This document shows, in pieces, positions 20,562-30,888 of a DNA stretch of 48,080 nt. The stretch is from contig JADGPX010000001.1 in the NCBI GenBank assembly GCA_017882215.1, positions 1-48,080 of the forward strand, written 5' to 3'. The position numbers were made by a program, and so were the translations under genes. The stretch's first letter is position 1. Every line of letters starts with the position of its first letter. The DNA comes from Chitinophagaceae bacterium. GTDB taxonomy: Bacteria > Bacteroidota > Bacteroidia > Chitinophagales > Chitinophagaceae. The notes under the pieces were generated by a model. It worked only from the letters and a program-made list of their open reading frames with translations, was not told where the DNA came from and ran no database searches.

Positions 20562-21800
20562 ATGGCTAAACAACAAACTTTACATTGTTCATTTTGCGGC
20601 AGGAACCGTGATGAGGTAAAAATTCTTATCGCAGGTCAGGAAGGGCATATTTGCGAGAATTGCGTTGAGCATGCCCAGGAGATCATCGGGCAGGAAATGA
20701 TACATCAGCCGGATAAATCTGCAGTTACATCTAATTATAAGCTTTCAGTTAAAAAGCCAATGGAATTAAAAAAATTCCTTGATGAATATGTAATTGCCCA
20801 GGATGATGCAAAGAAAGTTTTAGCTGTGGCGGTGTACAATCATTACAAGCGGATGAATCAAAAAATTGATAACGATGTAGAGATTGAAAAGAGCAATATT
20901 ATTATGGTTGGTGAAACAGGTACCGGAAAAACTTTACTGGCTAAAACAATAGCCAGGGTGCTTAATGTTCCGTTTGCCATTGTTGATGCTACCGTTTTCA
21001 CAGAAGCCGGTTATGTCGGTGAAGATGTAGAAAGTATTCTTAGCCGTTTATTACAGGTTTGTAACTATGATGTTGCTGCTGCTGAAAAAGGTATTGTATA
21101 TATTGATGAGATTGATAAGATTGCCCGTAAAAGCGATAATCCAAGCATCACAAGAGATGTTAGTGGCGAAGGTGTTCAGCAAGGGTTACTTAAACTTTTG
21201 GAAGGTACAGATGTATTGGTGCCACCACAGGGCGGAAGAAAACATCCTGAACAAAAACTGGTAAAATTAAACACCAGCAACATCTTATTTATTTGCGGTG
21301 GTGCGTTTGACGGAGTTGACAGGTTGATTGCACGCAGGATGAATACCAATGCAATTGGCTTTAATGTAAATAAAGACCAGCAGGAATATCAGCGCAAAAA
21401 TTTATTGCAATTTGTAAACGCACAGGATCTTAAAGCATTTGGTTTAATACCTGAATTGCTTGGAAGATTGCCTGTTATAACATATTTAAATCCACTGGAT
21501 GCTATCACTTTGCGCAGCATATTAACCGAGCCTAAAAATTCTCTTATTAAGCAATATGTAAGATTATTTGAGATAGAGGGAATAGAACTTATTATAGACA
21601 ATGATGTTTATGATTTCATGGTTGAAAAAGCTATGGAATATAAATTGGGCGCCCGCGGGCTTCGCAGTATTTGCGAAAGCATTCTCACCGATGCAATGTA
21701 TGAGCTCCCATCTCAAAAAGTAAAGAGTTTCCATCTTACTATGGAATATGCTAATCGTAAATTCAATATCAGTAAACTAAGCATTCTTAAAGTAGCGTAG
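20562..21800 (+). CDS. clpX: ATP-dependent Clp protease ATP-binding subunit
   Basis: CSFCG..ICENC zinc-binding domain, [32 protein letters not shown] loop, GARGLR. Confidence 0.95.
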   Translation: MAKQQTLHCSFCGRNRDEVKILIAGQEGHICENCVEHAQEIIGQEMIHQPDKSAVTSNYKLSVKKPMELKKFLDEYVIAQDDAKKVLAVAVYNHYKRMNQKIDNDVEIEKSNIIMVGETGTGKTLLAKTIARVLNVPFAIVDATVFTEAGYVGEDVESILSRLLQVCNYDVAAAEKGIVYIDEIDKIARKSDNPSITRDVSGEGVQQGLLKLLEGTDVLVPPQGGRKHPEQKLVKLNTSNILFICGGAFDGVDRLIARRMNTNAIGFNVNKDQQEYQRKNLLQFVNAQDLKAFGLIPELLGRLPVITYLNPLDAITLRSILTEPKNSLIKQYVRLFEIEGIELIIDNDVYDFMVEKAMEYKLGARGLRSICESILTDAMYELPSQKVKSFHLTMEYANRKFNISKLSILKVA

Positions 21801-21836
21801 TATTTGTTTGTACTTAGCTTTTGTGCTACTATTAAG

Positions 21837-21858
21837 CATCGTTGGCACTCACTTGTGC
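21837..21858 (-). repeat. Dispersed intergenic repeat, copy 2 (family E)
   Basis: Minus strand GCACAAGTGAGTGCCAACGATG aligns with 9376-9399 with one substitution and two deletions. Confidence 0.5.
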
Positions 21859-21980
21859 TGCATACCAATATTCAGCCTCTTCTTTTTCCACTATTTCCAA
21901 ACAATGCAGAAATATAAACTGCATTTACTTTTTTTCATTTTATTTTTACCAAACTTAACAAATAAGAATTCAGAAATCAT

Positions 21981-23246
21981 ATGGTAGATGTTATTCTCGG
22001 CTTACAATTTGGCGATGAAGGCAAAGGAAAAATTGTAGATTATTTTGCGAAAGGCTACGATGTTATTGCCCGTTTCCAGGGCGGACCAAATGCAGGTCAT
22101 ACCTTATATGTAGATGGCAAAAAAATTGTTCTGCATCAAATTCCTTCCGGAATTTTTCATGAAAATAAAATTAACCTTATCGGCAATGGTGTTGTTCTTG
22201 ACGCTGTTATCTTAAAAAAAGAGTGTGAGTCAGTTGCAGCAATGGGAATTGATTATAGAAAAAATCTTTTCATCAGTCAGCGGGCACATCTGATATTACC
22301 AACCCACCGTGCACTTGATAAAGCAAGTGAAGCATCAAAAGGCAATGAAAAAATTGGCTCTACTCTAAGAGGAATAAGTCCTGCTTATATGGATAAGACC
22401 GGTCGTAACGGTTTACGGGTTGGTGACGTGCTTGACAAAAGCTTTACAACACAATACATCCGGTTAAGATTAAAGCATCAAAAGCTTTTAGAAAATTTTT
22501 CTTTTAATGAAGATATTTCTGCCTGGGAAGAAGAATTTTTTGAAGCCCTTGAATTTTTAAAAGAGCTGCAAATTGTGAATGGAGAATATTTTATAAACAA
22601 TAAAATTCAGCAAGGCAAAAAAGTATTAGCCGAAGGTGCGCAGGGAAGCATGCTGGATGTTGATTTTGGCACGTTTCCCTATGTTACATCTTCCAATACT
22701 ATATCTGCAGGTGTTTGTTCAGGGCTTGGTGTTGCTCCGCAAAAGATAAAAGAGATACTGGGTGTTACCAAGGCATATTGCACCAGAGTAGGCAGTGGTC
22801 CGTTCCCTACAGAATTAAATGATGAAACAGGAGAGCTGTTAAGAAAAACCGGTAATGAATTTGGAAGTACTACCGGCCGTCCCCGCCGCTGTGGCTGGAT
22901 AGATCTTGTTGCCTTAAAGTTTGCCTGCATGATAAATGGGGTAACGCAATTGGTTATGACCAAGGCTGATATTTTAGATTCTTTGGATACGTTGCAGGTA
23001 TGTAATTCGTATAAAATAGATAATAAAGAAATTGATGAAATTCCTTTTCAGATGTTGAGAATGAATGTTGAACCGGTATACCAAACTTTTGAAGGATGGA
23101 AAACAGATATAACATCAGTAAAAAGTTTTGAGGAGTTACCTTCTAAAATGAAAGTGTATATAAATTACCTAAATGAAACTTTAAAAATTCCTGTAAAATT
23201 TATTTCCAATGGTCCGGGGAGTGACCAGCTTATTGTGGCATTATGA
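21981..23246 (+). CDS. purA: Adenylosuccinate synthetase
   Basis: QFGDEGKGK, GGPNAGHT, EGAQG, GSTTGRPRRCGW. Confidence 0.97.
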   Translation: MVDVILGLQFGDEGKGKIVDYFAKGYDVIARFQGGPNAGHTLYVDGKKIVLHQIPSGIFHENKINLIGNGVVLDAVILKKECESVAAMGIDYRKNLFISQRAHLILPTHRALDKASEASKGNEKIGSTLRGISPAYMDKTGRNGLRVGDVLDKSFTTQYIRLRLKHQKLLENFSFNEDISAWEEEFFEALEFLKELQIVNGEYFINNKIQQGKKVLAEGAQGSMLDVDFGTFPYVTSSNTISAGVCSGLGVAPQKIKEILGVTKAYCTRVGSGPFPTELNDETGELLRKTGNEFGSTTGRPRRCGWIDLVALKFACMINGVTQLVMTKADILDSLDTLQVCNSYKIDNKEIDEIPFQMLRMNVEPVYQTFEGWKTDITSVKSFEELPSKMKVYINYLNETLKIPVKFISNGPGSDQLIVAL

Positions 23247-23352
23247 TTGCGGCTTGGCAACCGTATTGAATTAAAATCTTAAAAAAAATATTTAAATATT
23301 TTTGGCTAATTGAAAAACTCGTAGAAATTTTACATTATTAATCCCATTGAAT

Positions 23353-23754
23353 ATGAAATCAAAATTTGATAAGGATAAAAAGACTTCAGCAAAAAAATCT
23401 TTTTCTGATGACGATGATATTACTTCGAAAAAGGCATCTTCAAAATCTGAAACAGACGAAGATGATGATGATATGGATGAGAAACCTTTAAAAAAAGGAA
23501 AGGCATCAGCAAAAAAAGGAAGAGGTGATGACGATGATGACGATGTTGAAGATGATTGGGAAAAAGCGGATGATGACGATTACGATCCTGATTTTGAAGA
23601 ATTTGATATTCCAAAATCAAAAATAAAAACAGGACCCTCAAAAAAAGGTAAAGGCGATGATGATGATCTTGGTCTTGATGATGACTTTAAAACGCTTGAC
23701 CTTTTTAATGAGGGTACAGGAGGTGTAGATGATGATGAGGATGATGATTTTTAA
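23353..23754 (+). CDS. Low-complexity Asp/Lys-rich hypothetical protein
   Basis: Open frame with alternating poly-D and K-rich blocks around a WEKADDDDYDPDFEEFDIPKSK core. Confidence 0.7.
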   Translation: MKSKFDKDKKTSAKKSFSDDDDITSKKASSKSETDEDDDDMDEKPLKKGKASAKKGRGDDDDDDVEDDWEKADDDDYDPDFEEFDIPKSKIKTGPSKKGKGDDDDLGLDDDFKTLDLFNEGTGGVDDDEDDDF

Positions 23755-23784
23755 TTGATCCACATCCTCTTGCGATAAAAAATA

Positions 23785-25092
23785 GTGAATAGAAAGTTTA
23801 CATCTTATCAGGTAAATAATTTTATTGAGTGTAAAACTAAAATGTTGAATTGGGCAAAACAGTTCAACATTTTTTGTTTGCTTGATAATCATCAATATAA
23901 TTTTTCCGATTCGCAATTCGAATGTTTATTGGCAGCAGGCTCAGTTAAAACGCTGCAATCTACACCTGGTAATGCTTTTGAAGGTTTACAAGAATTTGTT
24001 CAGGAGGAGCAGGATTGGATATTCGGTCATCTTGGCTATGATCTTAAAAATGAGATCGAGAATTTATCTTCTAAAAATTTTGATGGTATTCAATTTCCTG
24101 ACCTATTCTTTTTTGTACCACAAATTATTTTAATTCTAAAAGAAAATAAGTTAGAGATTGGTGTTATTGATAAAGACGCTGATGTTATTTTTAATGCAAT
24201 TCTTTCAACATCTGCAAGCTCTTTACCCATACGATCTAAACCTCAGAAAATAAAAAGCAGATTTTCTAAAGAAGAATATTTAAGCGCTGTTAAGCATATT
24301 CAGCAGCATATTCTTCGCGGAGATTGTTATGAAATAAATTTTTGCCAGGAATTTTATGCCGAAAATTGCGAAATCGATCCCTTAGATATTTATTTAAAAC
24401 TTAGTCGGCTTTCTCCAAATCCTTTTGCCGGATTTTATAAGCTTAATGATAAATTTTTAGTGTGCTCCAGTCCGGAAAGATTTTTAAAGAGGCTTGGCAA
24501 TAAAATATTTTCCCAGCCAATAAAAGGAACATCTAAAAGAAATTTAAATAATGTAAAAGAAGATGAAAGAAATAAAAAGAAATTATCCCGGAACAAAAAA
24601 GAGATCTCGGAAAATGTAATGGTGGTAGATTTAGTGCGTAATGATCTTAGTAAAGTATGTATAGAAGGATCGGTTAAAGTGGAAGAGCTTTTTGGGCTTT
24701 ATACATTTCCGCAGGTTCATCAAATGATCTCAACTGTATGCGGAACAATTGATAAACATGCCAGCCTTTCTGATATTTTAAAAGCCACCTTTCCCATGGG
24801 TTCTATGACTGGTGTTCCTAAAAAAAGTGTAATGCATTTGATAGAGAAGTATGAAAAAACAAAGCGTGGTTTATTTTCAGGTGCAATTGGATACATAACG
24901 CCTGAAGGAGACCTGCCTGCCGGACAGGCAGGTTTTGATTTTAATGTAGTGATACGGAGTATACTTTATAATTCAACCAATAAATATGTAAGTATGCAGG
25001 CAGGTTCGGCAATTACTTTTTATAGTGAGGCAGAAAGAGAATATGAAGAATGCCTGGTAAAAATTGAAGCGATGAAAAAAGTACTGAAGTGA
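23785..25092 (+). CDS. pabB: Aminodeoxychorismate synthase component I / anthranilate synthase component I family, with a 7-aa insertion
   Basis: SSPERF, PIKGT, ENVMVVDLVRNDL, FPMGSMTG, FNVVIRS, EYEE; LPAGQAG insert. Confidence 0.85.
   Translation: MNRKFTSYQVNNFIECKTKMLNWAKQFNIFCLLDNHQYNFSDSQFECLLAAGSVKTLQSTPGNAFEGLQEFVQEEQDWIFGHLGYDLKNEIENLSSKNFDGIQFPDLFFFVPQIILILKENKLEIGVIDKDADVIFNAILSTSASSLPIRSKPQKIKSRFSKEEYLSAVKHIQQHILRGDCYEINFCQEFYAENCEIDPLDIYLKLSRLSPNPFAGFYKLNDKFLVCSSPERFLKRLGNKIFSQPIKGTSKRNLNNVKEDERNKKKLSRNKKEISENVMVVDLVRNDLSKVCIEGSVKVEELFGLYTFPQVHQMISTVCGTIDKHASLSDILKATFPMGSMTGVPKKSVMHLIEKYEKTKRGLFSGAIGYITPEGDLPAGQAGFDFNVVIRSILYNSTNKYVSMQAGSAITFYSEAEREYEECLVKIEAMKKVLK
24912..24932. 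mobile_element. 21-nt palindromic mini-element inserted in frame in pabB (family A)
   Basis: CCTGCCTGCCGGACAGGCAGG, exact reverse complement of the copy at 32731-32751; removal restores GGA GAT TTT GAT (GDFDFNVVIR). Confidence 0.85.
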
Positions 25093-26250
25093 TTATTTTT
25101 TCTTTTTGAACATTTTCTGATCAGGATAAACCGTTTTAGTTTCGGTATTAACTGTATTCAATAAAACATGCACACATTCATTAAGAATAGGATATTTATT
25201 GGCTACAAAAAGATCCATTTTATCAGAAGGTAATCTAAGGTCGAATCCTTCACCTGAAGACATTACCATATCAAAGCCCGGATTTAAACGATTAAATTCT
25301 ATGATATCCATAGAAAGATTTTTCGCAATAATTACTGAATTATATTTTCCGGAAATATTCAGTACTTCAGAATTATTAGCATCTTCCTGCGAAACAGTAG
25401 ATTTAAATACATTATTGCCAGCTCTTAATGTTGAATAATCCATATTACCGGAAGTGGTGTTATCACCAGCTTCCATAATATAATGCGTGGCAATAAATTT
25501 CTTTACATGATTGCGGGATTCTTCCGGCAAATAATATTGTAAAGCCCAAAAATTTCTTGATCCGCTTTGCCTGATAGCGCTGTAAACTCTTGCAGGACCA
25601 CCGTTATAGGCTGCAATTACAAGCAACCAATCTTTTAGATCTTTATATAAAGTGAGCAAATATCTTGCTGCAGCATTGGTGCTTTTAAAATAATCTGTTC
25701 TTTCGTCAATAAATCCATTTACCTGTAATCCATAATCTTTTGCAGTATAGCTCATAAACTGCCAGGGGCCACGGGCACCTACCCACGATGTAGCGTTTGA
25801 ATTTAAATTACTTTCAATAACAGCCAGGTATTTTAATTCTTTGGGTAAGCCATATTGAGTAAGAATATTATCAATAAAATTAAATTTTAAAGATGCTGTG
25901 CTTTTTAATTTTTGCAGATAACTTCCATGCGCCTGTAAATAATCCTGCATATAACTTTCAGCATAAGGATTTACCTGGGACGAATAAGGCATTGTTGAAT
26001 TGTAGGAATAATTTTTAAAAAGATTCTTAAAGCCATATTTAGTTTCCTGGCTCAGGTATTGGATCTTTTCTTTTTTAGGAAGTTCCCTGGATTTTAATAT
26101 TTCATCAATTGCTTCATCTTCCGAATCAGCTGATTTTACTATCGTATCTGTTAAAGATTTTTGCAAAGGATTTTTATCCCCAAAATTTTTTGCAGAAGAA
26201 CTGTATTGTAATACAATTAAAAAGAAAGATATGGATAGAAATCTTTTCAT
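25093..26250 (-). CDS. Lytic transglycosylase (SLT domain, MltD-like)
   Basis: LAVIESNL, GPWQFM, AAYNGG, ESRNHV. Confidence 0.9.
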   Translation of the reverse strand: MKRFLSISFFLIVLQYSSSAKNFGDKNPLQKSLTDTIVKSADSEDEAIDEILKSRELPKKEKIQYLSQETKYGFKNLFKNYSYNSTMPYSSQVNPYAESYMQDYLQAHGSYLQKLKSTASLKFNFIDNILTQYGLPKELKYLAVIESNLNSNATSWVGARGPWQFMSYTAKDYGLQVNGFIDERTDYFKSTNAAARYLLTLYKDLKDWLLVIAAYNGGPARVYSAIRQSGSRNFWALQYYLPEESRNHVKKFIATHYIMEAGDNTTSGNMDYSTLRAGNNVFKSTVSQEDANNSEVLNISGKYNSVIIAKNLSMDIIEFNRLNPGFDMVMSSGEGFDLRLPSDKMDLFVANKYPILNECVHVLLNTVNTETKTVYPDQKMFKKKK

Positions 26251-27737
26251 GCCGTTTTATAATCCTTTAATAGCCTGTTTGAAATTTGCAGCAAAGTTAC
26301 TTCATTGTACTTATCTGACATAATCTGAACGCCAAAAGGCATGTTATTAAAGTGTTTAAATAACGGCAGAGAAATTGCCGGAATGCCGGTAAGATTGGCA
26401 AATACCGTATAAATATCAGCCAAATACGTTGCTACCGGATCTTTTTCCATTGTGCCAATATTTAACGCAGTAGCAGGTACTGTTGGTATAAGGATGGCAT
26501 CAAAATCTTTGAAGATCTTTTTTGTTTGGTCAACCAATAGCCTTCTAACCTGTTGAGCTTTAGTAAAATATGCTTCATAATAACCTGAGCTTAAAACAAA
26601 AGTCCCTAACATTATTCTGCGTTTCACTTCCTTTCCAAAACCTTTTGTACGAGCTTTAGTATACATATCTGTAAGATTGATATCTGGATTTCCTTCTCTA
26701 TAGCCAAAACGTACACCATCGTATCGGGATAAATTGCTTGATGCTTCTGCAGTGGCTAAAACATAATAAGCAGGCACTATATAATCCAACAATTCAAAAT
26801 CAATTCCCTTTACTTCATACCCATCTGCTCTTAATTTTTTAATAAGGTCTTCTATGCTATTTTTTATTTCAGGATCAAGAGAAGGATGATCCAAAGCATT
26901 TTTAAAATAAGCAAATTTACATCTTGGATTATTATCAGTTGAAGAACTAAATTTTTCTAATTTTTTATTGGAAACCGTGCTATCATAGTCATCTTCTCCC
27001 GAAATAACTTCTAATACTAAAGCCACATCTTCTATATTATTTCCAAAAATTCCGATCTGGTCAAAAGAGGAAGCGTAGGCAATTAATCCATGCCTGGAAA
27101 CTCTGCCATAAGTAGGTTTCAAGCCGATTATTCCGCAAAAATCTGCCGGTTGCCTTACGGAACCTCCTGTATCACTTCCCAGGCTTATCATACACAAAAC
27201 AGCCTGTACAGCTACTGCAGAGCCACCTGAAGAGCCGCCCGGGACCTTTGTTTCATCTAATGCGTTTAAGACCTTTCCATAAGCAGAATTTTCATTAGTG
27301 CTGCCCATTGCGAATTCATCGCAATTGCAATTGCCTATAATTATAGCATCTTCTGCCAATAATTTTTCAACTACAGTTGAATTATAAACAGAGGTAAAGC
27401 CCCGTCCGACCGAGTCATCCCCGTCCGTACCGGCACGGGCAGGCGGGCGGGCTTTTAAAATATTGGATGCTGCACTTACCTTGTGGTCTTTATAACAGAT
27501 AACATCCTTAAGTGCTACAACAACTCCATAAAGTTTTCCTAAAGACTTCCCGTTGATTCTTTTTGCATCTAACTCCTTTGCCCTTTCTATACTTTCTTCT
27601 TCATAAACTTCAATAAAAGCATTAAGGTGTTTGAAATCCCTGATCTTATTAAGAAAATATTTTACAGCATTCTCACAACCATTTTTATCGTTTGCAAGTT
27701 CTTGCTGGTATTGTTGTATAGTTTTGCTTTGATACAA
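26247..27737 (-). CDS. gatA: Asp/Glu-tRNA amidotransferase subunit A, with a 17-aa insertion
   Basis: VALKD, DEFAMGST, PGGSSGGSA, GSDTGGSVRQPA, SSNLSRYDG, EVKRRIMLGT; TTG start. Confidence 0.95.
   Translation of the reverse strand: MYQSKTIQQYQQELANDKNGCENAVKYFLNKIRDFKHLNAFIEVYEEESIERAKELDAKRINGKSLGKLYGVVVALKDVICYKDHKVSAASNILKARPPARAGTDGDDSVGRGFTSVYNSTVVEKLLAEDAIIIGNCNCDEFAMGSTNENSAYGKVLNALDETKVPGGSSGGSAVAVQAVLCMISLGSDTGGSVRQPADFCGIIGLKPTYGRVSRHGLIAYASSFDQIGIFGNNIEDVALVLEVISGEDDYDSTVSNKKLEKFSSSTDNNPRCKFAYFKNALDHPSLDPEIKNSIEDLIKKLRADGYEVKGIDFELLDYIVPAYYVLATAEASSNLSRYDGVRFGYREGNPDINLTDMYTKARTKGFGKEVKRRIMLGTFVLSSGYYEAYFTKAQQVRRLLVDQTKKIFKDFDAILIPTVPATALNIGTMEKDPVATYLADIYTVFANLTGIPAISLPLFKHFNNMPFGVQIMSDKYNEVTLLQISNRLLKDYKTA
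27401..27451. mobile_element. 51-nt nested palindromic insertion in gatA: a 27-nt element interrupted by a 24-nt element (family A variants)
   Basis: Minus strand AAAG[CCCGCCCG(CCTGCCCGTGCCGGTACGGACGGG)GATGACTCGGTCGGACGGG]GCTTT; removal restores AAA GGC TTT (ILKGFTS). Confidence 0.85.
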
Positions 27738-27757
27738 TTTATCAGATACTAATTAAT

Positions 27758-27811
27758 AAAAATCGGCTGAAGCGCAGGAAAATCCAAATGGATATCGAAC
27801 ACTTCAGCCGA
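27758..27811 (-). terminator. Long stem-loop plus U-tract between tatA and gatA
   Basis: TCGGCTGAAG (27763-27772) / CTTCAGCCGA (27802-27811), followed by TTTTT on the minus strand. Confidence 0.55.
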
Positions 27812-27832
27812 ATCTATTTTTAAAAAAAATAA

Positions 27833-28165
27833 TTATTTGGGCAATTCAGTTTGATATTGCGTTTGCTGCGCCTGTTGCGCTTGCTGTACTTTTGCCTGAG
27901 CCTGCAATAATCTTTCCTGCGCCTGTTTTAATTCAAGTTCAGCGTCCTGCTCTTTTTTTTCCTTCTCATTCATGCCGGCTTCAATCTCATTTTTTACATT
28001 TGTTTTGGCATCATTAAATTCACGAACGCCGCGTCCGATGCCTCTCATAAGATCAGGAATTTTTTTACCTCCAAAAAATAATAAAACAACTAAAAGTATT
28101 AATATCCATTCTGAGCCGCCCGGCATTGAAAGAAGAAAATAAGTGTTTAAAAAAGTAAGTAACAT
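27833..28165 (-). CDS. tatA: Twin-arginine translocase TatA/TatE subunit
   Basis: [35 protein letters not shown]. Confidence 0.92.
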   Translation of the reverse strand: MLLTFLNTYFLLSMPGGSEWILILLVVLLFFGGKKIPDLMRGIGRGVREFNDAKTNVKNEIEAGMNEKEKKEQDAELELKQAQERLLQAQAKVQQAQQAQQTQYQTELPK

Positions 28166-28281
28166 AATTTTAAAATTAGAAGTTCAAAGATACATTATTT
28201 AGATAAGCTATTCATAAACCTGCTAAAATGCCCATCATTTAATTATTTACGAAATAATATAAAGATCAGATGTACAATTTT

Positions 28282-28404
28282 TTATTTAATGTATAATCTG
28301 CGGCATTTCTGTTTACCACTGGCAGCTTCATAGGTGGTTAGCCCCCGGGCACAACTTCCTAAGATTAATGCTGAGAACAGAGCAATAACTAATATTTTTT
28401 TCAT
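28282..28404 (-). CDS. Small (40 aa) putative lipoprotein, absent from the ORF track
   Basis: MKKILVIALFSALILGSCARGLTTYEAASGKQKCRRLYIK; signal peptide with lipobox LGSC. Confidence 0.7.
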   Translation of the reverse strand: MKKILVIALFSALILGSCARGLTTYEAASGKQKCRRLYIK

Positions 28405-28464
28405 CTTAATAATATGACAGAGGTAAATAAATAGTTTGTTGAAAAATGAAGCTCAATATTAAAT

Positions 28465-28491
28465 AAAAAACCGAAAGCTCATAGCTTCCGG
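28465..28491 (-). terminator. Intrinsic terminator of rplS
   Basis: Minus strand CCGGAAGCT-ATG-AGCTTTCGG followed by TTTTTT. Confidence 0.75.
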
Positions 28492-28517
28492 TTAAACATT
28501 ATAAATCTATTAAGATA

Positions 28518-28868
28518 TTATTTCATTCTTTTTTCCTTAATACGGGCACTTTTACCGCTTCTTTCACGGAGGAAATACAATTTAGCACGGCGTACTTTAC
28601 CAACTTTGTGCAATTGAATGCTATCAATATTAGGGGAATACAATGGAAATAAACGCTCAACGCCAATACCATCGCTTATTTTGCGGACAGTGAATGTTGC
28701 TGTACCACCTTCGCCCTGGCGTTTAATAACATCCCCTTTAAAACTCTGGATACGCTCTTTATTGCCTTCCTGAATTTTATAGTTAACCGTAATATTATCA
28801 CCGGCTTTAAATTTTGGCAGTTCTTTCTTTACAGTTAATTGTTCGTGTACAAACGCTATGGCATTCAT
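28518..28868 (-). CDS. rplS: 50S ribosomal protein L19
   Basis: [40 protein letters not shown]; TACCTTTG promoter at 28888-28895. Confidence 0.97.
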   Translation of the reverse strand: MNAIAFVHEQLTVKKELPKFKAGDNITVNYKIQEGNKERIQSFKGDVIKRQGEGGTATFTVRKISDGIGVERLFPLYSPNIDSIQLHKVGKVRRAKLYFLRERSGKSARIKEKRMK

Positions 28869-28907
28869 GACTTTAATTTTAAGGGTGCAAAGGTAAGGAA
28901 AAGTTTA

Positions 28908-30470
28908 TTATCTCGCTATGTTTATAGCTCTCTTTTCTCTTATTACTGTAACCTTTATTTGCCCCGGATAAGTCATTTCAGTTTGAATTTTCTGGGCTAT
29001 CTCAAAACTTAGTTTGTCACTATCACCATCTGATACTTTATCTGCTTCAACAATTACCCTCAATTCACGACCAGCCTGAATGGCGTAAGCTTTTTCAACG
29101 CCAGGATAAACTAATGCAAGATTTTCAAGATCCTTGATACGTTGCAGGTATTGCTGCATTATTTCCCGGCGTGCACCTGGTCTTGCACCACTCATGGAGT
29201 CACATGCCTGAACAATGGGGGAGATAACATATTCCATTTCCACTTCATCGTGGTGAGCGCCAATGGCATTGCAAACCGCAGGATTTTCACCATATTTTTC
29301 CGCCAGTTTCATTCCAAGTAAAGCATGGCTTAATTCTGTTTCTTCATCTGGCACTTTGCCTATATCATGTAAAAGACCTGCACGTTTGGCGAGTTTCGCA
29401 TTCATGCCAAGTTCAGCCGCCATTATTCCGCAAAGATTTGCTACCTCACGACTGTGCATTAATAAGTTTTGACCGTAAGAAGAGCGGAAACGCATCTTAC
29501 CAACTATACGAACCAGTTCTTTATGCAAGCCATGAATGCCTAATTCAATTACAGTGCGTTCGCCAATCTCTATAATTTGATCTTCTAATTGTTTACGTGT
29601 TTTTTCCACCACTTCTTCAATACGTGCAGGATGAATACGTCCATCAGCTACTAAACGTTGTAAAGAAAGTCTTGCAATCTCACGGCGTAAGGGATCAAAT
29701 GATGACAAAATGATTGCTTCAGGAGTATCATCAACAATAAGATCCACGCCGGTAGCGGCTTCTATGGCACGAATATTTCTTCCTTCCCTGCCAATGATAG
29801 AGCCTTTTATTTCATCGCTTTCAAGATTAAAAACAGTTATAGCATTTTCAATTGCCTGCTCCGCCGCTGTGCGTTGTATGGTTTGAATAATTAATTTTCT
29901 GGCTTCTTTATTTGCCCTGAGTTTTGCATCATCAATAATTTCCTGCTGTATAATAAGCGCCTGAGAATGTGCTTCCTGTTTCAGGCTTTCTATTAATTGT
30001 GCCTTTGCTTCTTCAGCAGAAAGACCTGCAACTTTTTCAAGTCTGCGGATGTGTTCTTCCTGGTGCTTTTCAAGTTCAGTTCGCTTAATATTTACCACTT
30101 CAAGCTGGCGGGTAAGATTTTCTTTTATAACCTCATTATCTTTAATGATTTTGGCAATACTCTGATCTTTTTGATTTACTGATTGTTCTTTTTGTTTAAG
30201 ACGGTTCTCAGCTTCACTCAATTTTTGGTTGCGTTGAAACACTTCTTTATCATGGTCAGCCTTTAATTGAACAAACGTTTCTCTGGCTTCCAGCAGTTTT
30301 TCTTTTTTTAATGTTTCAGCCTGTGTTTTTGTGTCGGAAATAATTTTTTGTGCCTGTTGCTCTGCTTCTTCTACCTGTTTTTTTATGTTTTTTGCAAAGA
30401 TGAATTTACCCAGTAGAATACCTATTATTAATGCGGCGGCACCAATTATTATTGGAAGTATTTGTGTCAT
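28908..30470 (-). CDS. rny: Ribonuclease Y
   Basis: N-terminal TM, coiled coil, KH ([10 protein letters not shown]), HD (LLHDIGK), [10 protein letters not shown]. Confidence 0.95.
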   Translation of the reverse strand: MTQILPIIIGAAALIIGILLGKFIFAKNIKKQVEEAEQQAQKIISDTKTQAETLKKEKLLEARETFVQLKADHDKEVFQRNQKLSEAENRLKQKEQSVNQKDQSIAKIIKDNEVIKENLTRQLEVVNIKRTELEKHQEEHIRRLEKVAGLSAEEAKAQLIESLKQEAHSQALIIQQEIIDDAKLRANKEARKLIIQTIQRTAAEQAIENAITVFNLESDEIKGSIIGREGRNIRAIEAATGVDLIVDDTPEAIILSSFDPLRREIARLSLQRLVADGRIHPARIEEVVEKTRKQLEDQIIEIGERTVIELGIHGLHKELVRIVGKMRFRSSYGQNLLMHSREVANLCGIMAAELGMNAKLAKRAGLLHDIGKVPDEETELSHALLGMKLAEKYGENPAVCNAIGAHHDEVEMEYVISPIVQACDSMSGARPGARREIMQQYLQRIKDLENLALVYPGVEKAYAIQAGRELRVIVEADKVSDGDSDKLSFEIAQKIQTEMTYPGQIKVTVIREKRAINIAR

Positions 30471-30598
30471 TGATAATTAATGTTTTAAAACGGTTCATAA
30501 TCTTTTACTACTTAATCCACTTATACTCAAATGAGAATCGTGATAAAACGAAGATAAATAAAAACTGTGGAAATTAATGGACAATCTAAAGATAGGTA

Positions 30599-30886
30599 TT
30601 ATAGAACCTTATCTATTTGATGCTCTATACCCGATAGTATTTTTTCAAATTCGCTTTCCAGTTGCTGGTTATTTCCTGTAGATGCGGCTTGTGTGGCATA
30701 CCATATTAATACCATTGCAATGTAATCCTGCATATCCTTTCCGGCAAACTGGGTTTTAAATTCAATTATTTTATCGTTAATTATTTTTAAGGTCTTCCGG
30801 ATTATTTCTTCGTCTTTAGACAGACTTTTTATGCGATAGGTTCTGTCGCCGATTAAAATATTTATTGGTATGAGTTCTTCTGCCAT
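30599..30886 (-). CDS. zapA: Cell division protein ZapA
   Basis: INILIGDRTYRI..EE.IR..KDMQDYIAM; pheT-zapB-like-zapA-rny synteny. Confidence 0.85.
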   Translation of the reverse strand: MAEELIPINILIGDRTYRIKSLSKDEEIIRKTLKIINDKIIEFKTQFAGKDMQDYIAMVLIWYATQAASTGNNQQLESEFEKILSGIEHQIDKVL

Positions 30887-30888
30887 AA

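Noticed and set aside
30471-30598. Possible 6S RNA between zapA and rny
   Set aside because: The spacer is only 128 nt, includes a promoter-like TATCTTCG element, and shows no long closing stem.
30630-30638. CCCGATAGT in zapA resembling half of the TAGCTA palindrome
   Set aside because: Only a half-site with no length anomaly; likely chance.
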